The notes beneath the pieces were generated by a model. The model was not told where the DNA came from and searched no databases. It was given only the letters and a program-made list of their open reading frames with translations. From positions 14,198,001-14,262,000 of the forward strand of contig NC_043015.1 of assembly GCF_006345805.1 (NCBI RefSeq): a stretch of 64,000 nucleotides of DNA, in the 5' to 3' direction. Positions 50,551 through 62,689 of the stretch are shown in pieces; the stretch's first letter is position 1; the number at the start of each line of letters is the position of its first letter. This stretch comes from Octopus sinensis. Its lineage: Eukaryota. A program made the position numbers and the translations under genes.

Positions 50551-51788
50551 ATGAAAATGACTCAAAGGGCTTTGAAGAAAAAAAATGTGGGGGGAAAATT
50601 AATTGTAAATTCTCAGGAGGACGATTTACCAGTAGATATTTCCAATTATAATTTTGAGAATTCGCCGAAGCTAACAAATGGTTTAAACTCGAATACACCA
50701 TCATTCCGAAGTGATCTCATTCATCCAGGGTTTGCATTTTTAAAATCTCGATTGAAAAAGAAATCTGTGATTTCTAAAACTGATACAAATGAGAAAATTC
50801 AGGCAGATCCATGTCGTCCATTGTTTCAACTAAAGAAAAAACCGAGTCCTGATTTGAATGGAGAAGATATTTTCGTGATCACACCAATCGATGTTGAAAA
50901 TAATGTAAACAACAACAGATCTTCTGAAAGTTTCGATTCATTAAAAGAACAAACAGCTAACGATTGTAAATGTCCTGACTCGAAACCTTGTACCTTAGAT
51001 GATAGAGTTACCAGGTATATTCTACCCGAAAATGTGGAGGAGGAAGATTCTGGGAGGGGAGTTTCTGAAAATTCCGTCTCTGACACAGATTGGCAAGATA
51101 AGACGACGTCACACGGAGAAACAGCGACGTCACGTCAGGTAAAAAACGACACACCTATTAATTACTTTTCAATCACTAACAGGCCGTCAACTGAACACGA
51201 CCCACCTGTAACTTCACATCGGAACTTTTTTCACCAACAACAACCACACATGTCTCCTTGGCCACTTTCAAGCCAACCTTTAAAAATATCAGCACAACGT
51301 AAAATTTCGAAGCCTTCAGGGGAATTTATTTTAGTCGGACCCTATGAATCCAGACATGAACCGTTACAATATGCTCCATCACCTTTAAGTGATTCCAGGG
51401 GCAAATATTCCAGTATGCCTTCGTTGGCGATACTTGGAAATAATTCTAAGGAGGAGAAAAAATTAAAAAAGATATTGAAGAAAGAAAAAAAGAAAGAAGA
51501 AAAAAGGATGAAAAAAGATATGAAAAACAACGATTCATATCCAAGTTATAGTTTACCTCACAAAACGAAAATTCACAGACCTCTTACAGTTTATGAGAAA
51601 CCAAGGCCTGGATTGAAATTAACCCCTGTCCCTATCTCCATAGAAGAGCCCTTGTATGCTGTCCCCATCATTTATGACAAACCTAAATTAGACCATTATG
51701 CTAGTAGCCCCGATTTATTAAGATTACAGCAGATATATAACATTGGGTCACCAGAATGGTTACCCCAACCTGTTGATAACAACAACAG
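50551..51788 (+). CDS. large coding exon, probable intragenic alternative first exon of Shank encoding a novel ~413-aa disordered N-terminus
   Basis: Longest ORF in the window, non-repetitive and protein-like; in-frame stop at 50512-50514 precedes ATG 50551/50557; ends AAC AG|gtgagt (consensus donor, phase 2) where the stop TGA is part of the donor; attribution to Shank inferred from strand, position and phase. Confidence 0.72.
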
Positions 51789-53144
51789 GTGAGTATTTTT
51801 TTTTCCCTCCATTCTTTTGGTCCCTTAGTTTTTTTATTAAAACCTCTCTGTCTGTTTGTCTCTCTCTCTCTCTCTATTTATCTATCTATCTATCTTTTTT
51901 ATACTGAATGTGTGTCTTTGTGTGTGTGTTCGCCCTTATTGTACATTCTCACGTGTATATCTTTCACACAAGAAGATACAGGTGGCTTGCTAAGTTCTGT
52001 TCCAACCTAGTTCACCTACTAATGTTTTTTTTTTTTTCTTTTCTAACTGCTATAATTACTTCCAGTTGTTAATTGTGTAATGTTAATGTAAAAGACAATT
52101 TCCCTAAACTATCAAAGTATTGCTTTACTAACAATTAAACGGTATAAGATTGGTAGGACAACATTTAATTATTAGAATTGCAAAGTTTGCGTTAAAACAC
52201 TCATCATAAAAATGGCTCGAAATTCAGAATGATGATAATATGACCTAAATTAGTTTCGGTTCTAAAATCTTTCTCTTTTTAGTACCAGAACAACATTAAC
52301 TAGATGGTTAATAATTAGCTCTATTTCGGCTCTGATGGAGCAGAACTGTAGTCGAAATCACCCCTGCGTTGTCTCACCTGTTTGTTGTTGTTGTTGTTAT
52401 TGCTTAAGCCCTGAGTTGGTCATTATTTAGACTTGACGTACGATCAAAGGCATTCTTACCATGACTATCCCAGCTATTTTCAAGTTTGCCAAATGCTTAG
52501 TTATTCTGAGACAGTATAGGTGTGGTGTGAGGTTAGGTCGACTGATTGTCATAGTTTGTCTTGTGAATAGGAGCGGCGATGTATTTTAAAAATACATAAT
52601 GAGTAAATATTATGTATGAGTGAATAGATATTTGGGCGTAAATTGGTGAATGGGAGCAGCTTTTTGTCAACAAAAAACTGATTACCATGAGGCAAAGAAT
52701 TTAAATTATGAGAGCAAAAGATATTTAATAACACACACACACCTATAATAACAGTTTGACTCAGCTTCTTATGAATGTTTTGAGTGTCACATTCTTTCGT
52801 TTGTTCACTCATTCGTGTGTGTGTGTATGTATGTATATATATATATATATACATACATACATACACACACAAGTTTGATGATGGGACCACCTTAATCTCG
52901 AAGTCTCTTAAATAAGGAGATACACAGAATAGCGCAAATATAATTGGTTTAGAGTAAAATATTTGTTTAAAAACAAAACGTCCAGTTGTTGTCTAGAGTC
53001 TAGACTGTAGACGTTTCAAAACCTCTAGGTACAAGCTTATTGATTTCTCATCCAGGCTCTGATCAGGAATTGTGGTGCTTCAAACCTATTCGTTTACAAA
53101 CTTTGGGGTAATAGTTGGATGGTCTAACGCGCGCACATATAAAC

Positions 53145-53405
53145 ACACCTGTGTGGCTGTATGGTAAGAAGTTTACTTCCCAACCACATTGGTTCTGTGT
53201 TCAGTCCCACTGCGTGGCACCTTGGGCAAATGTCTTCTACTATAGCCTCAGGTCAACCAAAGCCTTATTGTTAGACGGAAACTGAAAGCAGCCCATCGTA
53301 TATACATTTATATAAATGTATACGCTTGTTTGTTCCCCACTAACACTTGACAACTGGTGTTGGTGTGTTTACATCCTTGAACGTAGTTGTTCAGCAAAAG
53401 AAATA
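53145..53405 (+). mobile_element. SINE family A, 3'-truncated
   Basis: tggctgtatggtaag...gttcagtcccactgcgtggcaccttggg. Confidence 0.8.
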
Positions 53406-54212
53406 CTAAGTATAGATACATATATACACGGCCATGTATAGTCCAAGAAAAAAAAGCTTTTCTTGGACTATACTTTTCCTTCTCTCCGGACCATTCTTTC
53501 TGACCAAGAGCCATACTCTAAACGTCACACACCTTTTTCCATCTTAACCTGATCGTCGACCTAACATATTCATTGTAAATCGTTTTGACTTTTGTTGTTC
53601 TTATTTTTGATCTGCCGACACGCACACACACAAAAGACAATAATAAAGGGACAAGTTAGATAGATAGATAGATAGATAGATATTAAAAAGAACAATGCAG
53701 AAAGTTATACAAATATAGTATTAGTTTAATACTTGAGATGATAGTCTCTTACCAGAAAAAAAATAAATAAATACAAAGAGACAAAAATAATTGAGGAAAT
53801 TGATTTTTTTTTTTTTTTACAAAATTACTTTTTTAAAAATTCAAGGGGAATGGAGGATGATAGAGGAAGGTAAAGGTCGTCAAACGAGGTTGACTGCCAT
53901 TTTATGGGTTGGGATGAGAAGGTAATAAGGGGCTTGTTTTTGTATGGATACATGTATCAGAATGTTTCTGTACATGGAAACAAGCAAAGGGAACAACGGT
54001 GCGTGGTGTAGGTATGTGTGGGTGCAAGTGTGGTTGTGGTGGTTGGTGCGGTGGTGGATGTTGGTGCAGATGTCTTTTTAATTTTTTGAGTGGGCAATGT
54101 GAAAGGTGTATATGCAAAGCTGTGTGTGTGTATGAAAATAAAGATTATTGAAATACTCATATATTATATATACATATGTGTACACAAACACGCACGCACA
54201 CACACACACACA

Positions 54213-54331
<119 letters not shown>

Positions 54332-54624
54332 GTATGTGTATTTATATGGCAGAAAGAGTTAATGAAACCAAAGCTATGCACACTATGAGGCACAAGATAG
54401 CAATTTTGCGTGTGAATACTTCTATTTAATCTTTCTTTAAAGTCACCCATATTTATTACACACACAACCGTGTGTGTGTGGTAAGGAAGGACTGAGAAAA
54501 TGCAGATGGATTCTTGTCAACACTACATCCGAAATCTGTGTGTGTGTGTGTATTTATATAGATATTAAAGTATATACATACATACATACATACATATATA
54601 TATATATAATATATATATATATAT

Positions 54625-54805
54625 AATGTGACCGTGTGTGTACCGTTGGCGATTTTTTTTCCTCTGTCTTTCCCTCTCCTATGTTCCCGACGAAGAGCTC
54701 CGCTCGAAACGTTAAACCCTCCTTCTTTCCTGAGCGTCCAATAATACTATATTTGTTCCACGTCCTTGCGTTGTTGTTTTTTTGTGCTTTCTTGTTTGGA
54801 TTAAC

Positions 54806-54810
<5 letters not shown>
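54625..54810 (+). mobile_element. short Penelope-like terminal-repeat element with hammerhead-like motif
   Basis: CCGACGA A GAGC-TCC-GCTC GAA ACGT T at 54687-54713; inserted in (TA)n. Confidence 0.6.
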
Positions 54811-54836
<26 letters not shown>

Positions 54837-54932
54837 AATAATGAGTGGAGATTTTTTCACATCCATAAATTTTAACTGTTATTTACAGCATATTCTCCAG
54901 ACCTACACGTGTTTCATCAGCAGCGAATGCAC

Positions 54933-54994
<62 letters not shown>

Positions 54995-55398
54995 TATTAA
55001 TGTACCTTTAAAGTCTAAAAAGTATAACCACATTCCATAATGTAGCTCTCAGTGCACAATTGATTGTGTATTTAAAAGATGTCCTAAAATGGTTGTAGCA
55101 GGAGTGCCTTGTGTTACAAGTTTTCTGCATCATGAATGAGCTCTTCAGCATATCTCATGTTTACAAAAGTTGTGAGTTCATGTTCTGTGGCTAGCTGTCA
55201 GCATTTTTCCATCCACAGGGTTTTGTAACTCAATTTTCAATGCCCTATTCACTAGCATAGCTAGAGTGCGTGCCGCTCAGGGTGGTCCTTCCGTTTTCCG
55301 CCTCCCACCCCACAAAAAACATTGCCCACAACAGAATGAAAAGTACCGCCCCTACCACTCCCCTCCACTAAGCTAGTAGCCCCATTATTTATAGCTTT

Positions 55399-55803
55399 GA
55401 ATCTTTTCGGTTTGAACGGCAGATTTTCTAGCAGTGTCATATGAAATTGTCACCCATAATTATGACCCTAGTATCGATCTATTGCATTTCAACCTGTTTT
55501 ATGGTTAGGGGTGGGGGGAAGGGTATCTTTTTTACTTCAGAAATGTAAATAAGCCCAATGTTTCTTAAACGAGGGACATATTCATACAGCACAGAATGTT
55601 TTCACCTCAATAGACGTCATTGATTGGTTGAAATTGCAGAAATTGAAGAAAAAAAACAAATACCTTACAAACTATAGAATTTTCTCAATAAAGCCAAGAG
55701 AAAAAGATGTTTTATAAACACATTCTACCAGTATATGAAGTTTAAAAGTGTTTAGTTACGTGGAAATTATTTTAAAAAACTGCCGTTCAAACCAAAAAGA
55801 TCC
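55399..55803. mobile_element. MITE with ~29-bp TIRs and 8-bp TSD (Merlin- or MULE-like)
   Basis: GAATCTTTTCGGTTTGAACGGCAGATTTT / AAAAACTGCCGTTCAAACCAAAAAGATCC; TSD ATAGCTTT at 55391-55398 and 55804-55811. Confidence 0.85.
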
Positions 55804-56204
55804 ATAGCTTTATCTTTTTATAGCTCCACAACTAAAAATAATTTATGTATTTATAACATGTGTATCTATATATACAAAACTGGGAATGTGTATCCGTCTG
55901 TCCGTACGTGTGCATCACTAAAACTCGAGAACTACCCAATGGATTTCATTCAAATTTTATACATGCCTTACTTTGATTTCATGTAGTATCATGGGCCAAA
56001 AGTATTTTCAACTTCTTGTCTAATGTGAGTCTGCGGCAATCTCTTATACTGTTTCCGTATCACATGTCAAAAGTGAAACAATAACATCACTATTAATACT
56101 TTCATTATTATATGTTTTCATTTTCACTTACTTTCATTATGTATCTATATGTATATATATTAGTTTCATTTCTATTACTTTCAATATGTATTTACATACA
56201 TGTT

Positions 56205-56290
<86 letters not shown>

Positions 56291-58036
56291 AGAGAGAGAG
56301 AGAGAGATAAAACACATCATTAAATGTCCATACTGGTTTTGATTAGGCAGTCGAAGAGGAGCTTGCAAACTACAGGACTGCATTAAGTTCTAATGTCTGC
56401 TTTGGCATGGTTTCTATGGCTAGATACCCTTTCTAACAGTTTGTTAATTCCCATTCTAATGGACCAAAGGAACACAACTCTTACCTCCCCTCACTCCTTT
56501 TCTCTTTTTTGTTTTTCATTTAATTTTTATTCTCTCTGTGTTTCTGACTTTTTCTCATAGAGCAGCTATGATTTTATTTTGAGCCTGAAAGATTACAGGA
56601 TAGTACATGGCACACTATACAAGCTCATCTGACTACTGTGACTGTTGTACTGTCAGAGCATGAAACTTACAGTTGCTCACATTTAAACCGTTTGTTTATT
56701 AAAGTATATATATGTGTGTATGTATGTGAATTTACATAGTAAGTACATTGAATTTATTTTCTTTGCCAAAGTTCTACCTCATATCTCCTCCAACGATGGA
56801 ATAGGTCACTACTATATGGATAGTTACTGTTTGTTTTGAATAAGGTGTGCTATCTGTGCATCTGTTCTTGAAACAGCTGTAAGAGACCATCTGCACATCT
56901 TATTACTTCCTTCCTTCTTATCATGTCTAAAGATATAAATGCCACAATTGAACCTGATACCAATTTTTTATACTCTTATGTATTATATATATGTTTATAT
57001 TTGCATGTATGTGTCTGTATATCGGTGTGTATATGTGTGTATAGTTGGCCCCTTCCTTCATATTGTAACCTTTCACCGTTGAATATAAAGCTCCCCACTC
57101 TATTGTAACCCCATTCAGCTGACAAAGGTTCTTAGTCTTGCAAACAACATGGCAACCTCACTAGTGCTGGTGCCATGAATATAAACACAGTACACACTGT
57201 AAAGGGGTTGGCTTAAGGATTGGTATCAAGCAATAGAAACCATGCCAAAGTAGACACTGCAGCATGACACATTCCTCTCATTCATTGGATTCTGTTAAAC
57301 CATCCAACCTATGCCAGCATGGAAGATGAATGATGGATGATTTACTTATAAATTCTACACTCAGTTACTTTGTTATCAGTTGACCATTCTCTTTCCTCAT
57401 CCACTAGTTTCTTTGAATATTCTTCTACTACAGACTGACCAGCAAATAAAGTTGTCAGACAGTTGTAATTTTCCCTAAGCTACATTCTCACAGACTAACA
57501 CACTCTAATACTTGGTCATGTCTTGACCTCCCAGTACTGTGAATTTGGCAAATATATAGTACATCAGAGAAGGTAATTTGATGTATGTGTTATCTACAAT
57601 CCCACTTTTGCTAGTTTTTGTAGCAAAATCTGAAAATCTACCATTATAACTTCAAAACTTATTCTCTGTAGAGGCTGATTAGAGGTTAACTATTCCATTA
57701 AGTAATTCATTAATTGATTGATTTATTATGCATACAAGCCATTGTACAACATGGAAATAGTTTGTAAAGCCATTTAAAATGTTTGTAGGTGAATAAAGTT
57801 AGATAAGAATATAATTTTTCATTGTTTATCTGACTGCTGTTATTCTCTATGATTAATGTACCAACCTATTGATTGGTGATTAACCTTGGATTTACAGTTT
57901 GTACATATTGCTGTGTGTTTAACCTATATGGATTACTATATGCTTCACTGGACATTCTGCTAGCCAGGCTTATTGTATGGAGTATTGACTCAAGTATTCA
58001 CATGGATTTCTTCAATTCCTATTTTCCTTCACTGTG

Positions 58037-58076
<40 letters not shown>

Positions 58077-58079
58077 ATA

Positions 58080-58279
58080 TATCTCACATCTGTTTTCTTT
58101 CCTCCACTTCACTCTCTATTTTGTATCCCATCTAAATTGATTATTACTTAACCATCCTCTCACACCATCTCCGATGAAGAGATATAATTAATATATATCC
58201 TGGAAACAGCTGTAAGACCTATCTATAAATGTTCTACTGTCTACACAGCCTTGGTTTTTATCTCATTATGCAAAAAATT

Positions 58280-58280
<1 letters not shown>
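58080..58280 (+). mobile_element. Penelope-like pseudo-LTR copy with hammerhead-like motif (58166-58219)
   Basis: similar to 61630-61820; CCGATGA...GAA ACAGCTGT A AGACC. Confidence 0.7.
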
Positions 58281-58331
<51 letters not shown>

Positions 58332-59329
58332 ATAAAAGGAAATGAAGAAAATGCTGACAAATAATTGAAGTAATTTAAGTAATTTAATTAGGTGAAAGTT
58401 CTTTTTACCGGTTGCGCATTTGTTATGCTTATCAAAATATATACATACATACACACACATATATATATATAAGAAGTTGAAAATGTGCTGGGATTCATAG
58501 ATCTTCTATTAAAAAATTTTAATGACTTGACCAGTTTCACATAATTCTCTGATTTTCAAAAGCTGAGATAGAAAGACATGAGGCTATGTCAAAAGTGTCT
58601 TGCTTCTGACTGGAGTTCAAAATTTCTTTTGTTTTTATAGAGAACATGGCACAAATTAGTATCTGGTTTTGATACAGTTTCATTGGCCGAAGATGATCTT
58701 GTTATTAGGTTTAGAAATGTTTGTAACTATCTCGCTACATCCATTCTTTAATGTCATGTGTCAACATATTAGGTGCTGTAAGTTAAAGCTATCACAGTTG
58801 ATTGAATATGTCTAGTAATAGTCTCAAACAATCAAGGCTCCCTGAATTTAATCTGTCAAGTGCAGTAGAGGATGTCCACATGATTAGGCTTAGAAAGTTT
58901 TGTAGGTTCCCAGCTCAGTCCATGCATCAATATCATGTGACAAATTTGCTGGCCTTGTGCCTAAATTTGAAACCAATATCATGTGAGAATATTTTTGCAC
59001 TGAAAACTAAAGCTGACCCTGTTGGGTGAACATATCTAATGACAGTCCCTATCTATCAAATCTCTAAATTTAATCTGTCATGTGATAGAGTGGACAAGAG
59101 TTGTTTCTATGTAGCCTAGTGGCTGAGTATTTATGCTTTGTATCTTATATATGTAGGCATAAAATTTTGTTCTCCACTATATTTGTGCATTAGTGTCACA
59201 TGAGAAAAAGTTGTGATTGTGTCCAAAGTATAGATTGTTAGCTGTATAAATTCAACATGTTAAATGGTAGAATGAGTTTGTGTGTAAATAGATGTTGGTG
59301 ATTTAAAACTATTAGGAAATGCAAAACAA

Positions 59330-61025
59330 CTTGAAAATGCATGCACACAGGTTTAATTGAAGAGTGAAATTAGTTCAGTCTTGGTTGTATTTTTGTATGA
59401 ATATATATATTTGTTTATTTGTACTTGATCTGTGGTTGTGCTTGACTGAACAATTGTAAAATGAGAAGACTTGGAATTTGGGAGAATTATTTTTTGCACA
59501 TATGTCTATGTGTCCTCTCAATGGGATCTGTTTAGTACTGGGGTATTGTATTTGTTGAGATAAATAGTTAGTTTATTTCTGAGAGTGGGTTTTATTCGAC
59601 CTGTGTAACATCCTTTACATTAAATAACATATATTATATTTCTTGACAAACAAGTTAAATGATTGTTTTTAATGATAAAAATCTCTCATGATTTCAGTTC
59701 ATGTCTTTTGTCTTCAATGAGATTGCCACAAGAGGGTCTACACTTTTTGATTGTTGGTGTGGGATTTGTGGAAGGTAATTTAGTGCTGAGTAGTAGTTTT
59801 TTTTAAGGATTTTGAGTTGTCTTTTGATTATGGTTATTTTGTATATTTCAAGTGTTTGTTTCATTCTTGGGTCTTGTCTCAGTAGCAAAATGTTCTGGTG
59901 GATGTGTTTTGGGGGTTGTGTGTTGTAATAAGAGTAGAGTATTGGGTGTATCTGAAGTGTTTTTTGTTTTTCATAATTCTTCAATATTTATTGCGTTGGC
60001 ATGTTGGTTTGTAATGAATGTCTGTTTTGATTATTAGAATGTCCAAGAATGGTAGTTGAGTTTTACTGTCTTCCATTGTGAAGTTAATACTATTGTTTAT
60101 GCAGATAATTAGGCTTTTGAAATCAATAAGCTGGTCAAAAGTGTGTGTCCATAAAATCACTCAGTCATCTAAGTAACATTTCTAGTTTTCTAGTAAAGAC
60201 TTATGGAAGTTGAAGCCATATTTTAACTTAGATTGTTCATATATCTGAACCTCCATATATACCATGACTTCATTGGCCTAAGTTGTAACAACTTTTGTAT
60301 CCATCACAATCCAAGATATTTGCTTGTAAATATTGCCGTTAAAGTCAAAAAAGTTATTTCCAAGGATGAATTATAGTCTTTCAATGATGAAACTTTTTCC
60401 AGTTCTGTCTGGGATTTCATGAGGGAGTTTTCAAGCCAGAAACTTATTGCCTCTAGTCCATGTTGGTGCAGGATCGTGGTACAGAAGTTTACTACATCAA
60501 ATAGTACAATAATGGTATCTTTGTAGACAGCTTTTGAGGGGTGGTTTAAGAAGTCTATGTCATCTTTTACAAGATTCGGTATGTATTTTAAGATAAGTTT
60601 CAGTAATATATCTAAAATACTTTTGAGTCAGTGTGTTTCACACTTAGGACCTGGTACAACTGATCTAAATTTCAGGTCAGTGAGATGTTGCATGTTTATA
60701 CAATTAGAAATTGATTCTTTACAGATTTGGTTCTTAAGGATTTTAGGGAGACTGTAGAAGTAGCTAGTTTTGCATTCAAAATGAGTTATGTAGTCACATT
60801 CTTTGTTTGTTAAACCATTTTGGTGTTGGTGAATGAGTGTTGAGTTTTGTCATCGTCTTTGATCTTTGGTAAATGTTTACCTTTTCATAATAGGTTGTAT
60901 CATGTAGCAGAGATAATACAGCACTTTTGTAGCATTCAGCATCCATAATATTTACAGCAGTTCCCTTATCTGCTTCCTTAGTTATAATGTTGTTATTGTT
61001 TTTGAGTTCATATATAATTCCCTAT
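59330..61025 (-). mobile_element. Penelope-like element: degraded RT plus GIY-YIG endonuclease
   Basis: minus strand ELKNNNNIITKEADKGTAVNIMD, FYSLPKILK, LFDVVN, CYLDD, INFTME...LPFLDILI, SRNIIYVI*CKGCYTG; many stops and frameshifts. Confidence 0.92.
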
Positions 61026-61334
61026 GCCTTTCGACTGGTATTGAGCTTAATTTTAGGGTGTGGTAGTTCTTTGTATGGGAAAGTGAAAAATATATATATA
61101 TACATGCACATGCTTTCCTCTGTGTGTTTGTGTGTGTGTGTTTATGTCACTCCATAAGGAGCATAGGGCAAGTTTCCCCAGTTTCTCTGGCATATATATA
61201 TGTATGTATGTGTTATGAGAGGTAATAGTGTCAAGAAGACCCAAAGGTGTCAGGTAATGTTGAGTAAGTGCTATGGACAGACTATAGTTAAGCGAATGAG
61301 GAGTCCAATGTAGGTCATATGTCAGCATGTGTAT

Positions 61335-61820
61335 ATATATATAAAAAAATTGACAGAATGAGATAAAAATCCAAGGCTGTAAAGATTTCAGAACATTTAT
61401 AAATAGAAGGTCTTACAGCTATTTCTGGGATATTTTATATCTCCCTTCATCAGAAACCGTGTGAAAAAATGACTTCAAAATAACCCTCGATTCAATAACA
61501 CCATTTGCAAACTCTATGCTTGGAATGAACAATTTTAAATACTATTGGAACTTAATCACAACGTACAGGAATCTTATATGTATACCATTTTGCCTAAATA
61601 ATGGAACTGAAGATACAACATCCTTGCATATCTCACGTCTATTTTCATTCCTCCACTTCACTCTCTATTTCATATCTTATCTAGAATAACTATTGCTTAA
61701 CCATTTTCTCACGCTGTCTCCAATGAAGAGATATATAAAATATCCCTGAAACAGCTGGAAGATCTATTTATAAATGTTCAGAAATCTTTACAGTCTTGGA
61801 TTTTTATCTCATTCTGTTAA
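61335..61820. mobile_element. inverted pair of Penelope-like pseudo-LTRs
   Basis: 61335-61470 (-) is the reverse complement of ~61690-61820 (+); each carries a hammerhead-like motif. Confidence 0.8.
61409..61458 (-). ncRNA. type I hammerhead ribozyme motif with intact core
   Basis: GGTTT CTGATGA AGGGAGATAT-AAA-ATATCCCA GAA ATAGCTGT A AGACC: 5-bp stem I, stem II, quasi-palindromic stem III, GUA cleavage triplet. Confidence 0.7.
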
Positions 61821-61859
61821 TGTGTGTGTGTATGTATATATATATATATATATATATTC

Positions 61860-62050
61860 GCCATGATAGATTGCTAGCCACTTCACATTCTTTATTTTCT
61901 CTCCTTGTTTCTTTGTGTTCCTTTCTGTGGAAGAGTGTAGGCTCGAAACGTTAAAGACTTTTTCACTTCCCGAGCTTTATACTAATACATCTGTTTGTTG
62001 TTTACACCACCTGTCTTCGTCTTTTGTTTTTTCTGTGAATTCTTCTCCTA
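61860..62050 (+). mobile_element. short PLE-type repeat with variant hammerhead-like motif (61921-61957)
   Basis: CTTT CTGTGGA A GAGT-GTAG-GCTC GAA ACGT T AAAG; matches 46597-46790; adjacent to (TA)n. Confidence 0.65.
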
Positions 62051-62111
62051 CATATATACACACACACATATATATATTTCTCCCTGAATGGGACTCTGGC
62101 TTGTTGCAGGA

Positions 62112-62259
62112 TTACTCATTTTTACTAGCTGAGTGGACAGGAGCAATGTGAAATTAAGTATTTTGCTCAAAAACATAATGCATTGCCTGTTCCAGGAATC
62201 GAAACAACAATCATGATCATGAGTCCAACACCCTTACCACTAACCCATGTTCCTCCACA
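62112..62259 (-). mobile_element. SINE family B head fragment
   Basis: gctgagtggacaggagcaatgtgaaatt...ggaatcgaaac. Confidence 0.7.
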
Positions 62260-62281
62260 CATACACACATGCATGCATATG

Positions 62282-62384
<103 letters not shown>

Positions 62385-62689
62385 CAACAAATGAACTGAA
62401 GTAGCACTCAGCTCATATAGTTGGATTTGTATTTATTAACAAGTTGTCTTATCTCCTTGTGTTACTTGAAGTTATGAGAATGTGAAAAATACTTGACCAG
62501 CTATGTGTGTCATCTGATAGCAAATACTCTAAGCAGACTGGTGGAGGTCTACTCATAGTTTTTTAATATTTCAAGAAATATTTTGAAATTACTGTGGGGA
62601 GTATTCAAGTGTTCAGATTGTTATTTTTTTCAGAGTTCATGGATAGGGGGCAAAGAAAGACAATGGAGTTTTATATCATTTATATTTAG

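Noticed and set aside
53010-53085. Hammerhead-like motif on the minus strand (GAAACGTC, stem II)
   Set aside because: Core reads CTGGATGA (extra G) and no stem I pairing is found.
54895-54935. Half hammerhead GAA-ACACGTGT-A on the minus strand
   Set aside because: Palindromic stem III is present but the 5' core and stem I are lost at the (TA)n junction; not counted as a motif.
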